A DNA stretch of 64,000 nucleotides from Prorocentrum cordatum (GCA_963575745.1 CAUYUJ010000154.1:1-64000); one strand, 5' to 3'; counted from the first letter of the stretch, positions 24,826-38,183 are shown. The notes: a model not told the origin generated them from the letters alone. Made by a program: numbers and translations.

Positions 24826-25390
24826 GGGCGCCCGAGTTATCCGGGGTAACTCGGGTCCGGGGTAACTCGGGTTTGGATTCCCGAAAAAGGAACCCGAGTT
24901 AGCCCTGACCCGAGTTACCCCGGATGATTCGGGGCTCCGGACGCCCGAGTTATCCGGGGTAACTCGGGTCCGGGGTAACTCGGGTTTGGATTCCCGAAAA
25001 AGGAACCCGAGTTAGCCCTGACCCGAGTTACCCCTGATGATTCGGGGCTCTGGACGCCCGAGTTATCCGGGGTAACTCGGGTCCGGGGTAACTCGGGTTT
25101 GGATTCCCGAAAAACGAACCCGAGTTATCCCCGACCCGAGTTACCCCTGATGATTCGGGGCTCTGGACGCCCGAGTTATCCGGGGTAACTCGGGTCCGGG
25201 GTAACTCGGGTTTGGATTCCCGAAAAACGAACCCGAGTTATCCCCGACCCGAGTTACCCCTGATGATTCGGGGCTCTGGACGCCCGAGTTATCCGGGGCA
25301 ACTCGGGTCCGGGGTAACTCGGGCTTGGATTCCCGAAAAAGGAACCCGAGTTAGCCCTGACCCGAGTTACCCCGGATGATTCGGGGCTCT
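24826..25390. repeat. Tandem array of five 113-bp palindromic units
   Basis: The unit-start motif cccgagttatccgggg recurs at 24831, 24944, 25057, 25170 and 25283. Each unit is an imperfect inverted repeat built from ccggggtaactcggg and cccgagttacccc sub-motifs. Confidence 0.97.
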
Positions 25391-25877
25391 GACTTATGTC
25401 GGGCGTGTCCCCCTACAGGGGGATTTTCGACGAACCATAAACTTATCCCGGCAAAGCAACCTAAGAGCGATGTGCAGGAGCATATCTGGAAGCATTCCCC
25501 TTACGATTCAGATGAGAATCCAGTTGTAGAATTCTGCCGTTCTATTGTTTGGACTGTTTTTGAACACTCTGGTGAATCCTCCTGCAGAGGGACGCGCACG
25601 ACTTGACCCTTGTGGAAAACTAGGGCTCCCCACTTCGCGCCCTCGCGCTGCGCGAAGCGCGAATCACTTCGCGCCCTCGCGCCGCCCCCCCCCAAAGGGA
25701 AAGCAGGAGGACGAGGAGGAGGGGGGAGAAGGAACGAGGACCGCGAAGCGCGAATCACTTCGCGCCCTCGAGGGAGCCCTCGTGGCACACCACGGGCCCG
25801 CGCCCCGAGCCCGCCGCCCAGCCAGCCCGCCCTGCGTGCAGAAGGCCCGCGCACGGGCCCTTGCACCCAACCAGTAG

Positions 25878-26044
25878 GAAGGGGCCCAGGGCGACACAGA
25901 GAAATGGACACAAGAGACTGGATTCCCCATAGTTTCCTGTATTTTCTGGGTGTTCGTCTCCCCCCCCCCCCACTTCCCATAGTTTACCCATCTCTTCCTG
26001 GGAGTCGAGGATTCATTGTGTCTGTGTGTTTCTTTCTCTCCTGA
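25878..26044 (+). mobile_element. Dispersed repeat family F (~165 bp); copies 2710-2776+4456-4558 (split), 10801-10971, 29066-29228, internally deleted 50452-50507
   Basis: Copies share the start gaaggggccc(a/t)ggg and the end tcga(g/c)gatt(c/a)attgtgtctgtgtgtt..cctga. Confidence 0.85.
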
Positions 26045-27816
26045 CAGTAACTGACCGACCTGCGCACCATCTGTCCAGACAACGAGCCAACCAGGGGAGT
26101 GGCCAGGCCGCCGAAAGATCAGCAAATCAACCAACCAACCCAGTGGGTCCAGCCTTGGGCTCGCTTTGACCAGTTCGGATCTGGGAGGCTCCAGCATCAG
26201 ACCTGCGTGCGTCAGGCGGGTAAGGAGGGGTCGCTGGGCGTGCGTAATAAGTTTGCGATGGCATCGTATATACATATATGCAGATGAGCCTGAGCATGCC
26301 TGAACGAGTCTACGGTGGTCGGTCTGGGTATGGTGGTTTCCTGGTATGCCTAAACGAGCTTAGGTTGGCTGTGCCTATCAGAGAACCTACGATAAAGGCT
26401 CGACCACAAAAAAACTTCCACAAGAGACCCAGCCCTGAGACCCCAGGTCGCCCATTGATTCTGGTGTGGGGACGTCACGCTGTCCATGGCAAAACCATCG
26501 AAACCCAAGAAACCCAAGGGCACCCTGGAGGCAAGCAGGGTGCTTCTTGGCATGCACAACCACTGTGAGGGAACCCCCGTTTAGCCATGCAGGCAGTCAC
26601 GGAGGGCTGGCTGGCAGCACAGGGCGAAGCACCACAGACGCCTGGACTGACGCTCCTGTACTGCTTGCCTTCGGGCTCCTCTCCTGGCGCCCCACACAGG
26701 CTTTGTCGCCTGGCATGCTGAGCGTGCGTTACAGGGGTGGAAGATGACCTTGCCATTCCCCCTTCCACTACTCACCTTCTTCTTCAGCGCCTCCTCCTGA
26801 TCTCTACCTCGAATTTGTCGGAATCCTCCTCCGCCTCTCCGCCAGCACCTGGTTCCGCTTAACCTCATCAATTTTCCTCCTCCACCACAACCACTCCTGC
26901 TCCCCCCAAGTCCATCATGACCCCCTTTCCCCCCAGAGCCGCCCAGGACCTCCTCGATGCCGCGCACATCCCCCCAGAACTGCCCCTCCCCCACACCGCC
27001 GCCCAGACGAGGCCGACGAGCCCCCACTGGACATCAGTGCTGCCGACGACGACACCGACAACGACGACGCCGACAACGACAGCGAAACTGTCGCTGACGC
27101 TGACAGTCGGACCAGGGCGAGTGTTATCGGGAGCGGCCAAGAGGGGGGTATCCAAGAGGGGGGGGTGCAAATCATGACCGGCGGCATGTGCGCGGCCCAG
27201 CGGGGGGGCCAGGGACGCAATGGAATGAGAAGAGGCGCCATGAAATCTGGGGAAATATCATGGCCCCCGCCATGATATCCCCCCCCACACTAGTCATCAC
27301 CCCCCTCTTTGCCGCCCCCGAGTGTTGAGACGACGGCAGCTCGAGCTATGCCCCGGGACCGCACCCGGTGTCCAGTCGCACCCAGCCCTCCAGCCGTGCG
27401 TGGCGACGCGGGGCGCGCCCTCGTCCAGGACCGTGGCCGTTCCTCGGCCTCGCCCCCCTCGGAGACAGCCTCCGACGTGGAAGCGAGCGACGCGGGACGT
27501 GGAAGAGCCCTCAGCGACGACGACCTCGACGACGACGCCGACGACGGCTCCGACGCCGCCCTCCTCCGAGGCAGCCCTCGACGCGGCAGCGATCCGACGA
27601 GCGAGGACGATCTCGACGCCGCCGCCGACGACGGCTCCGACGCCGCCGCGCCCCGCCCCGCCCCCCGCGGAGGCCGCGCCTCGCGGCGCGGGCGCGGGCC
27701 GGCGTGCCCCTCTCGGCGGCGCGACCTTCTCCTCCTGGGCGGGGGGGGCGGCGCCGGCGGCGCCCTCGGCGAAGACGACTATGTCGACGGCCACGACGAC
27801 GACGACGACGACGACC

Positions 27817-27865
<49 letters not shown>

Positions 27866-29263
27866 CGGACGACGACGACGATTACGACGGCGGACGACGA
27901 CGGCGGACGACGACGACGACGACGACGACGACGGCGGGGACGACGGCAGGAACGCTGTTGACGAGGAGATGGGCGGCAGGAACGATGGGGGCGGCGACGA
28001 CGAAGCCGTCGGTGGCGCCGCAGGGGGGGGGGGGATGGGAGAGCGTAGAAGAGCAGGAGGGGGACATGGGTGGGGAAGGAGGACGGCGCAGGGGGCGACG
28101 AGTGTGCGGTTGGGCGTCCTTTAATGGGGGGGCGATAAATGGAGGGGGGGGGAAGGAGTACCTTTCGGGCCCTAAAGTCCCTCTTTCTGGCCCTAAAGGG
28201 CCCCATAGGAGCCCTCAAGGGAGCCTGTTCTGCAACTCTCGCTGCCAGCCCGCATTTATCGCCCCCCACTGCGCCGCGCCCAAGGGGGGCGCTGGAGCAG
28301 GACGCCAGACATGAGTTCTCCGCTGGCATGCGCACGCTCGCGACCCGAATCATGGGAAAGGACGAGGAGGGAGAGAACGAAGAGGACGACGACGACGAGG
28401 TCGATTGAGTGGAAAGAACGGGGTGCGGGGGCAGGACGATGCACCTGAAGAGGAAAATGTGAGACGAAGAGGGGGGAGGCGGAAACGATGAAGACAGGGC
28501 GGGCGTACGAGGGACATGTGAAGGAGTTGAAAGGAGAGACGAAGCCAGGACGAGGACCGTTCGGGTGAAGACACATCAAGCTACTCGGAGATCCGCCGGC
28601 TCTGGGGGATTTCTCGGGCGCCGCGGCCCGCGGCCCTCTCAGAGCGTTCTGGAACGGATTGATCCTCGTCCAAGCTCCGTCCGACAGGGAACGACGAGCG
28701 TGGGAAGAGCTGAGCAGGACACCAGACATGAGCTCTCCGCTGGCGCGTACACGCTCGTCACCCTCTGGGAGAGGACGACAAGAAGAAGAAGAATAATAAG
28801 AAGAAAGAAAGAAAATAAGAAAAGATGACAACGAGGTGGATAGAGGGGAAAAGGGGGGTGCAACAAGGAAGGCAGTATGACGGAAACGGAGAAGGAGATG
28901 TGAGATGAGGGGGGGGAGACGGGAACGGCGAGGGAGGAAAGGGCGGGCGCACGAGGGAAACGCGAGGGCGTTGGACGAGCAGGAAGGGGGGAGGGAGCGG
29001 GAAGGCAGAAAGGACAGAGACGAGCACGAGGAGAGGTGCGAGAGAAAGCAGAGGACCAGAAGAGTGAAGGGGCCCTGGGACACGCGCATAGAGAAACACA
29101 AATGACAGGGCTTCCCCTTATTTTCCCCTATTCTCTGGGTTTCTGTCGTCTCCCCCACTTCCCATGGTTTCCCATATCTTCGGGGGTATCGACGATTCAT
29201 CGTGTCTGTGTGTTTTTTCTCCTCCTGAAAGAGGAGGTACGCGAGGAGGTGGACCAGGCTTAT

Positions 29264-29443
29264 GTCGGGCCTGTTCCCCTACATGGGGATTTTCGACGAA
29301 AACTAAAACGTACCCCCAAAATACCCCTCAAGTTTAAAAAATGCTCAAAAAATCTTCCCCAGACAATCGCTTTGATTTTTTGTTGACTGTTTTGGGGGTA
29401 TTCTTTTTCGTCGAACATCCCCCTGCAGGGGGACAGGCCCGAC
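29264..29443. mobile_element. MITE family G with TTAA/TTAT-like flanks; copies 25398-25602, truncated 24690-24823 and 45801-45942
   Basis: TIR gtcgggcctgttcccctaca / tgcagggggacaggcccgac. Flanks are ttat/ttaa here and ttaa at 45797. Confidence 0.85.
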
Positions 29444-30153
29444 TTAAGACTACTCCCTGGACCTCTCCGCGCGCGCTCTGCCCGGACATTCGAGGCCACT
29501 CCGGCCTTGGCGACGAGGGCCTCCCCGGAGGCCCCGCCTCGGCGCCTCCTCTTCTCTTCGGACCCGAAGGAAGAAAACCAACGCCAGCACACCCAAACTT
29601 GAGACCAGGCCGGGCGGCGGCCGCCTCCTCGCGGGGGCAGCCTCTCAGGTGGCGCCCAGGCCCCCCGGGAGCCCAGGCGCAGGCTCGGGGGCGGCAGCCG
29701 CGCTCCCCGCGGGCAGCGGGCAGGCCGCGGCGGCCGCCTGGGAGGACGGCGACGACGCCCAGCGGCTGCTGCGAGGAGAGGCGCTGGCGACAGGCTGGGA
29801 GGCAACTGCTGGGAGGTTTCGTCGGGAAGACTAGGGAGGATGAAGCCCCAATTGGGAGCTGGTACGCCGGAGTGGGCCTCGGATGAAGCGGGATGAAGCC
29901 GGACTCAGCGGGATTGAGCGGGATGAACCGGATTCAGCGGGACTCAGCGGGAATAGGCCGGATTTCGGACCAGGGCGAAGACAGAATTCGACCTCCCAGG
30001 AGTTGCATCCGAAGACAGGGGCGATGGAGACGAGGTCGACGGCGACGACGACAGCCAGCCAGACGACGCTGGACGAGGAAGCTCGACGGACGACGGCTAG
30101 GACAAGAGAAGATGGCGTACGCATGAACTTCCGGAAGTCCGCGCGAACTTCTT

Positions 30154-30349
30154 TCGGGTCGGGCGAAAGGGGGGGATAGCAAAGGGGGGGCTTGAGAATC
30201 AGCTCACGCAGCTGATTTTCCCGGCGCCTCCCGGCGCCGGAAGGCGCCCATGTATCGAGGAATGGGCCCCTCGGTGGGGCCGAAACCAGCTGCGTGCAGC
30301 AAATCTCGTAACCCTCCCTTTCCAAATCCCCCCCTTTCGTCCGGCCCGA
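30154..30349. mobile_element. TCGGG-ended MITE family J with 5-bp TSD TTCTT
   Basis: ttctt|tcgggtcgggcgaaagggg...cccctttcgtccggcccga|ttctt. Confidence 0.92.
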
Positions 30350-30545
30350 TTCTTGGACCTGGCGCGCGGGAAGCGCCAGAGGCGGCGCCTGAGGTGCCGC
30401 CGGGGGGGGGGCGCAGCGCAGATTCGAGCACTCCGCGCGGAGCTCCCAGAGTTGAGGCATAGGCAGCCGTTTCCCCTCTCGAGACAACGACGGCGACGTG
30501 GGCGACGAGGGCGAGGGCTCAGCCCCCACTCCACGTCACGATGTG

Positions 30546-30801
30546 TTCCCAGTCATCCTGTGGTGCTGGGTCCTCGGTTTGAATACGCATCGCGCCGCGT
30601 CTCCTTCCTCCTTCTCCTTCCTCCTTCTCCTCCTCCACCTCCTCCTCTTCCTTATCATCATCCTCATCATCATCAGCCTCATCCTCATCGTCCTCCTCGT
30701 CCTCCTCCTCCTCATTATCATCCTCCTCATCATCCTCATCCTCATGCTCATCCTCATCCTCATCCTCATCCTCGTCCGCATTCTCATCCTCATCATCATC
30801 C

Positions 30802-30832
<31 letters not shown>

Positions 30833-32120
30833 CAGCATCATCATCGTCATCCTCATCCTCATCCTCATCCTCATCCTCATCATCCTCATCATCGTCGTCA
30901 TCATCATCACGAACAGCAACATCATCACCATCGTCGCTCATGAGCAGCATCAGTATCAACATCATCTCCGCCCTACGCCCTCCTGCCATGTGCGCATCTG
31001 CTCTCCGCATGTCCTCATCACCATCATCGTCAGTGCCAACGCCATGAGTCGTCATCATCAGCATCATCCTCATCATCACCAGCAGCAGCATACTTATCAT
31101 CATCAGCATCATCATCACCATCATCATCGTGATCACCATCATCAGCATCGTCAGCATTATCAAAATCAGTATCACCATCACCATCATCACCATCATCACC
31201 CCCACCATTACCATCACCATTATCACCAGCATCTCCATCATCATCTTCTTATCAGTATTATTAGTATTGTTCACCATCTTCTTCCCCATGGTCATCATCC
31301 CAAACCTCCTGTGCCAGACCCCTCGCAGGCTCGTCACGCCCACATGGCACCGCCGCGCCCGTTTCGACACAACCCTCACACGCTTCGTGGCCCCACATAC
31401 TGCTCCGCTGAGAGCCCCAAGGGCAGCGCCCGCATGGCACCGCCGCACCCTTTTCGGCACACCCCCGACACGCGCTTCGTGGCTCCATGATTAAGGCGCT
31501 CAATCAAGGCCCCAATGGCAGCGCCCACATGGCACCGCCGCACCCGTTTCGGCGCACGCCTCACACGCGCTTCGTGACTCCGTTATTAGGGCGCCCCACC
31601 GACGGTCCCAATGGCAGCGCCCGCATGGCACCGCCGCGCCCACATCGGCACACCCCTCACACGTTTCGTGGCTTCGTGGCCCCATAAGGAGCTCCACCCA
31701 AGGCCCCAATGGCAGCGCCCGCATGGCACCGCCGCGCCCATTTCGGCACACCCCTCACACGTTGCGTGGCTCCATAGGGCGCTCCACCGAAGGCCCCAGT
31801 GGCAGCACCCGCATGGCACCGGCACAACCACTTCAGGACACCCCTCACACGTTTTGTCGCCCATAGGGCGCTCCGCCAAAGGCCCCAGTTGCAGCAACCG
31901 CATGGCACCGCCGCACCAATTTCAGTACACCCCCCACACGTTTCGCGGCACCATAGGGAGCCCCACCGACGGTCCCAATGGCAACGCCCGCATGGCACCG
32001 TCGCACCCATGTTGTCACACCCCTCACACGCTGCGTGGCTCCACAAGGAGCTCCTCCGAAGATGATATTCACAACCGCGGTGCTCACAGCTGCATATGGC
32101 TGGGTCCTTCGCCGAGGTAC
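30546..32120. mobile_element. Helentron-like satellite-carrying element (copy 2, diverged)
   Basis: It has the same left end (ttcccagtcatcctgtggtgctgggtcctcg) and the same order: CCT/CAT tract, then about 8 degenerate ~89-bp units (31330-32060). The right end also matches copy 1 (gcatatggctgggtccttcgccg, followed by TT). Confidence 0.7.
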
Positions 32121-32369
32121 TTCAGAACGTCGACCACGGAAACTCTCGGCCCGTTCCCCGGGACCCGTTTTCCATCCCGGGCATTTGTGTGACGGTTCCG
32201 AGTCCTGGCAAGGGCCCCGTGTCTCGTGTCGTTGTCTGCTGCTCCAGTTCCCTCTTCCTATCTTCAGAAAGCAACTTACAGGAGCTTTTGGAGCTTTTGG
32301 TCGTCCCGATGGCGCCCAGTGTCGCGTCCAATAGTATGCAAAGCGGTAGTGCGTGTCCCTCACGTGGCG

Positions 32370-33167
32370 CCTTGGGGCACTAACCTCATGCCCGTGAGAA
32401 TAAACACTAGGGGATAATAAAGTTCGGGGTTCAGGGAGAGATAATAAAAGTAGCCCAGCAGACCTCAGCATAATCTCGAAGTAAGAGATGATCAGGAGGA
32501 GAAGGAGGAAAAGAAGAAAAAATCTCGAGTTTCAAATCTATTAGATTTTTATTTGCAAACGCTTTATGAAAATTGTTTTTTGTAAGTGCTCGTGTAGGGT
32601 AGCTCATGTGCCTCAATTTCCATGGATAATCAACCCCAGAGATTAAAAAGTTGAGGCGAGCGTGGGGACAGAGAGAAATATAAAAGAAGAAGAATACAGT
32701 AGAAGAATAATAAGAAAAAAGAAGAAGAGGAGAATAAGAAGAGGACGAAGAAAGGAAAAATCCAAAGTTCCAAATCTATCAATTTTAAGTTACAAGCGCT
32801 TTATGAAAATTGATGTTTTTAAGTGCTCGTGTAGGGTAGCTCATGTGCTTCATTTTCCATGGATAATCAACCCCAGGGATAAAAAAGTTCAGGCGAGCGT
32901 GAGGACAGATAGAAATATAAAATAAGAAGAGGAAAGTAGAAGAATAATAAGAATATAATAATAAGAGAAGAAGAAGAAGAAGAGAAGAAGAACGGAAAAA
33001 TGTGTGATCGCTTCGCTTGATGTTGCTATATCAACATCGCTTGATGTTGCTATCTCAACATAGCGTTTCGAGGTGATAATGAAGTTCGGCCTCAGCGCTC
33101 GCCGCCCAATTTGAATTTTGTATAGGGCGACGATAATCAACTCTAAACACTGAAGGGGGGGGGATCC
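32370..33167 (+). mobile_element. AT-rich repeat element with an internal ~238-bp tandem duplication
   Basis: taagtgctcgtgtagggtagctcatgtgc occurs at 32583 and 32820, with GAA-rich tracts. The motif gataat(a/g)aagttcgg is at 32412 and 33075, with a variant at 6214. Confidence 0.5.
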
Positions 33168-33547
33168 CTTTATTATCATCGGCATGCGGTTATTCGGCGC
33201 TCGTTAACACTTTGCGGAGCCACTGGGCTACTTTGCGCTCTTGGGCGCTCTTTTGGCCAAAATGCATTCTTTTGCAAGACGAGCGGAAGCTTCTGCGACT
33301 GACTATCTAAATACCGCAGGGGGAGTAGTGGCGAGATTCGGGAGCTCCCCCAGACCGTCGCCCTCGTGGGCGCAAAACATAACAGGAGCTCTACCACAAG
33401 AGACCTTCCACGAGAAACCCGACCCTGAAACCCCAGGACGCCCACGGACTTGTAGCAATCACGGGAACGTCACGCATACCATGGCACAAAAACCACCGAC
33501 ACCCGAGACATCCAGGCCACCCTAGATGCAAGCAGGGTGCTTCCCTG

Positions 33548-33674
33548 GCCATCGCTCGGACGTCCATTCCCTGTGCGTTTTTCGGTCTCGTGCGTGGTTC
33601 TTTCGCCAAATGATCAAGGACGCTCCTCGATGGCCCTCTCCGAAACAAAAAAATGCACACGTCCGAGCGATGCC
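33548..33674. mobile_element. MITE family B (~127 bp); copies near 420-490, 12018-12115, 39314-39425, 56524-56653, 59254-59384, 63808-63930
   Basis: TIR catcgctcggacg...cgtccgagcgatg, with a shared internal tcctcgatggt..cgccgagaaaaaatgcacac motif. Confidence 0.85.
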
Positions 33675-35161
33675 AAGGGACCCTGGAGGCAAGCAGGGTG
33701 CTTCCTGGCATGGCCCCCCACTGCGTCCGCGCCCCCGCGGCCTCGAGGGCCGGGACCCCCCCCCGAGGCGCGACCCCCCGCCCCCGCGGACATGGACCGC
33801 GGGCGGCTCGCGGGTGCCCCTGCCGCGGCCCGGGGCCATGCGGCCGCGCCTCCGCGCCCGCGGGGGCGCGGAGGCGGATCTGCTCAGAGGGAGAACACGG
33901 CGCCATAGACATTTGTTTGGTCCGCGGGTCGAGAGAGGCACCTCTTCTGGTCGAAGCTGAGCGGGCCGCGCACAGCTTGAATGAACGAGAGGGGGGGCAG
34001 AAGGAGGGGCCTCACATCAGGGCCAGGACAGCGCGATAAACATGCACGTCTGGCGCTCCGCGCGGGCCTCCTGGATCTGCGCTGGACCCCCCTGCCTGGC
34101 GCGCGGAGCGCGTAAGGGCGGCTCTGAAACCCGCGCGAAGAACCAAAGGTTTATGTCTATGGCGTTGTTTCTTCCTCGATCGCTCGCCGCTCGTGACGCC
34201 CGCAATTCGTGCACGTCGGTCAAAAGAAGTAGTACAAAGCATGACGCAGGAAAGCGGGTGGAATGGACTGGGCGGTCCAGGCCCTCCCGGAGAGTAGCAA
34301 AGCACGGCGAAACCGTATCGATTATTGAAAGAGGCAGGCGCTTGAGATAATTTGGGAGATGGGAATCCTAAAACATAGAATTTCAACCCTCCAGCGTGTA
34401 AGGGCAAAACGAGTATGATACCAAACGACGATTGTTGTCCAGAGCCGACAGCGGCCGCTGCTGGGCAGGCGGCCTGCTGGCTCGAATGGACAACGTCCGC
34501 GGCGCCACCGACAACGAGCTCCGTACACAGAATGGCCAGGAACTGCTGTCGGTCCTCGTTCCCGCTGTCACCCTACGGCAGGATCGGTCGGCGTCGGCGC
34601 ATGCAAAGGTTCTACACACCGCGTCCATCGTTCAACCTTGCTCAAGGTTGAAGTCCGTCGGGTTCAGTGGTTGTGTCCCTCGGTGCTTCCGCGTCGCAGT
34701 GCTCAACCTTGAACGCCGTCACCAGCGTCGCCGGCGCGCCAACGCCGCATGAACTCACCGCACACATTACCAGGCCCCCGACGTCTCGTTTTTTTCACGT
34801 ACAACGCCAACCCCCAGAGGTCTGGACACATTCTCGGGGATGGACAGACCCCCCTTTAGTAAAACGTGGTTTAGTGAAGACGACCTGAGGCCCAAACCTG
34901 GCGGGCGCAAGCCTGGAGAATAACGGCCACGGCGCCATCCCGAGAACCGAAAACGGACAATTCACTAATCGACGTGTCACTGCTGGGGGTTTTGTCTACC
35001 ACCAACATTCCCAAAGACAGGCTTTCCATCCTGACTTCTTCGTTAACGACCCGGGGGCCTGGCAAGGGACCACAGCCGTGGCCGAGGACGTCCACAGGAA
35101 AACTCCCGTCGTGACTGTTTCACGAGGCGAGGAGGTCCGGTCTTCGACCCCAGAGGCCTCC

Positions 35162-35323
35162 TAGATGGGGTCGGGGGATCGCGCCGCATCGCCGATACGT
35201 CGGCGTTGCATCGGCGATGCATCGGCGATCCATCGGCGACGTCGGCGTGAAGGAAATCGGGCTCCACATCGAGCCGAATCGCCGATGCATCGGCGACGCG
35301 GCGCGATCCTCCGACCCCATCTA
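35162..35323. mobile_element. MITE family U; copy ~62689-62851
   Basis: TIR tagatggggtcgggggatcgcgccgcatcg / cgacgcggcgcgatcctccgaccccatcta, with internal catcggcga repeats. Confidence 0.85.
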
Positions 35324-36808
35324 CTCCGACCCCTTCTAGGAAGCCTCTCCATGATTGGGCGAGATGGTTTAGGGTACGGCGGCCTGACCGAGGCATGAGA
35401 TCGAGGTCGGGTCGGAGAGGATACCCTGACGTTCTTCGCATCTGTTGGAGGTTCTCGTGCATCCTGGGGGATCGGGAGCGGCCACGAGGGGAGGGTGTCC
35501 AAGAGGGGGGGGGTGCAACTCCTGACTGGCGGCACGTGCGCGGCCCAGCGGGGGGGGCCAGGGACGCCATGAAGCAAGACGAGGCGCCATGAAATCTCGG
35601 GAAGTATCATGGCCCCCGCCATGATAAAATCCCCCCCCCCCCCTCTACTCCGCACCCTCCTCTTTGCCGCCCCCGAGGGGAGGGGGCCCTGGCTGGCCGT
35701 GGGACCCCCCTGGGCGCCCGCCTCCTCGGCGCCCGCCCCCTCGGCGCCGGCCTCCCCGGCGGCGCCCTCGGGCGCCGGGGCGCCCGCCGCGGCCGCGGCG
35801 GAGCCTGCGGGGGGGGGGCGGCGGGGGGCGGCTCCCGCCACGAGCCAGCCGGCACGGAGCGGGCTTCTGCAGGCCACCCCGTCCTCTCGCGGCAGGGCGC
35901 TCGGTGGCAACTCATGTAGGGAGCCGAACTCTATACACCCACAAAGGTCCTGGGATTGAAACACCGCCCGCCACGGGTAATGTATATGCTCCGGTTTCCG
36001 ATCATGGGAGCCTCCCGTGCCATCTTGTCGGCGCTTGCGGATCAACGCTGGCCGACGCCAAATCGACGCCAACTCGGCGGCAAATCGACGTTACTCGACG
36101 CTACATCGACGCCAACTCGGCGCTGTCTTATCGTCTCCCGGACGCTATATCGACGCAAGACGACGCGAAAGACGGAGGTACGAGGGTACACAAGGCTCCA
36201 ATGCACCGTACCATGCCTGGACTCCGTTCAGGCCCCGCTCCAACGTGGTACGGTGCACAGTTTTGGGGCCCCTAAGGGCCGATAAACTATGCACAATGCC
36301 ATTCCTGGGTCGAAGAGCGACTACGCCTCGGGAGACGCCGACCCGGTACGGTGCAGACACATCGTCCGCGGATCGCTACAGAAAGGCGGCATTGTCCGGT
36401 ACAAGAACGGAACCCGACGGACAAGCGTCAGACCTGCGCGCGGCGCGCGCCGCGGAGCAATAACGACGGGCGGTGCTTTTTCTCAACCTGCGGCCTCCAA
36501 GCGCCCTCGCCGGGCATCTGGGGACCAGCCACAATCGGCTCGGGACGAAAAACGAGCCCCGAGGGCAGGGGTCTGGGTCTTCTGGGATACAGTCGCCCCA
36601 TGTAGTGAGGACGCACGATGCAGGACGGGCTCGGGCCACAAGAAGCCTTCCACAAGAAACCCAACCAACCCTGAGATCCCAGAGCGTCCACTGATTTTAT
36701 TTGTGGTGTGGGCACGTCACGCCTTCCGCAGCAAAACCATCGAAACCCAAGAAACCCAGGGCACCCTGGAGGCAAGCAGGGTGCTTCTTCGCATGGGCCC
36801 CCACTGTA

Positions 36809-36979
36809 CGGTCAACCCGTATAGTAAGGACGTGCGACACGGATGCAGAGGCCTTGGAGGGGCACGTCGACACTTTGCGAGAGGGGCGCGGGCAGCGAAA
36901 ACGGCCAACGATGGGCCGAAGGGGAAAGATGCAATGGTAACCGTGGAAAGTCGCTCATCCTTACTATGCGGGTTGACTG
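36809..36979. mobile_element. TA-flanked MITE abutting a family C copy
   Basis: TA|cggtcaacccgtatagtaagga...tccttactatgcgggttgactg|TA. Confidence 0.85.
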
Positions 36980-37209
36980 TAGAGCTGGACTGCTCCGCGT
37001 CCTCCGCGGAGATCCTGGAGATGCAGTCTGCCCACAATATGGCGTTTCCGCCTGGCTTTCGGCCCGAGGATCCTCATAGGCCGACCCAGCTCGCAAGAAT
37101 TGCGCAGAAAGATGGGGTCCGGGATTCTGTGGTCGTGATTCTTGCGACGCTGCATGGCTTCTGGTGCAGCGTCAGATCTCAGGGTCGAAGTCCACTCGGG
37201 CACCGCCCA

Positions 37210-37402
37210 TCGGGAGCGGCCAAGAGGGGGTGTCCAAGAGGGGGGGGTGCAAATCATGACCGGCGGCACGTGCGCGGCCCAGCGGGGAGGCCAGGGACGT
37301 AATGAAATAAAAAGAGGCGGCATGAAATCTGGGGAAATATCACGGCCCCCGCCATGATATCCCCCCCCCCCTAGTCATCACCCCCCTCTTTTCCGCCCCC
37401 GA
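37210..37402. mobile_element. TCGGG-ended MITE family I (5-bp TSD); copies 6734-6929, 27127-27321, 35472-35676, 62944-63130
   Basis: TIR tcgggagcggccaagagggg / cccctcttttccgcccccga. The TSD is GCCCA here and GGGGA at the 35472 copy. Confidence 0.92.
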
Positions 37403-37579
37403 GCCCACGTCGCCCCTCCAGGGCCACCCACCGCGTGGGCGCACCCCTGGCCAGGGCGATGCGCAAAGAGCACCCTGCACAGGCTGCGCGCCGCTGCTGT
37501 GCCTGGCCACGGCCCTCCTGCAGGCGCCCTGCTGGTTGCAAGGCCACGAGAACGCTGGCCAATGGCATGCCCCTGGGGG

Positions 37580-37827
37580 CTTAGTGGGCCCTGGAAACGA
37601 CAGGGTCGTTGTTTTACCGGTTCCGTTTTGCCGTTTTTTTGCCGGTTCCGACGCCGTTTTTTTTACCGGTTCCGTCGCCGTTGTTTGACCAGTTTCGGCT
37701 CCGGTTCCAATCCTGGAGCTGTTTTTTTGCAGTTTCCGGTTGCCGTTTTTTTGCCGTTTCCACTTTCAGAGGACATTTTTTTGGAAACAATGAAAAAACG
37801 GCCCTGCCATTTCCGGGGCCCACAAAG
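37580..37827. mobile_element. MITE with 8-bp TSD CCTGGGGG (hAT-like)
   Basis: cctggggg|cttagtgggccctggaaa...tttccggggcccacaaag|cctggggg. The interior has ccggttccg and gccgttttttt repeats. Confidence 0.8.
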
Positions 37828-38143
37828 CCTGGGGGCTGCGTGTATCATCGTGCTCAGAACAAGTTGCTTTCGCCTCAACATGGGGGAACCGGGTCCCGAG
37901 GGAAACGGGCCCCGAACCCCGGGGCCCGGGGCTTTCCCCCAGGGCGAGCTTGCCGCCCCGAGTCGCGCGTTCTCACGGTCCCCGGGGCCCGTGGAAGGGC
38001 CCGAGAGTCCGACAACGGCGAACAGCCTAGAGGACCCGTTTCCCTCAGGATCCGTTCCCCCCACGGCGATCGTCGGCGGCGCGCCCGAAGGGAGATGGCA
38101 GGGGGGGCGAGACCCATCGAAAAGAAGGCTCAAAAGGCCGACG

Positions 38144-38183
<40 letters not shown>

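Noticed and set aside
25035..25270. Hammerhead ribozyme (CTGATGA ... CGAAA) in the 113-bp repeat
   Set aside because: Stem II does not close properly between CUGAUGA and GAAA, and CTGATGA is absent from two of the five units. An Infernal scan would settle it.
36289..37302. 337-aa ORF
   Set aside because: It reads through three MITEs (family C, the 36809 element and family I), so it is a chance open frame.
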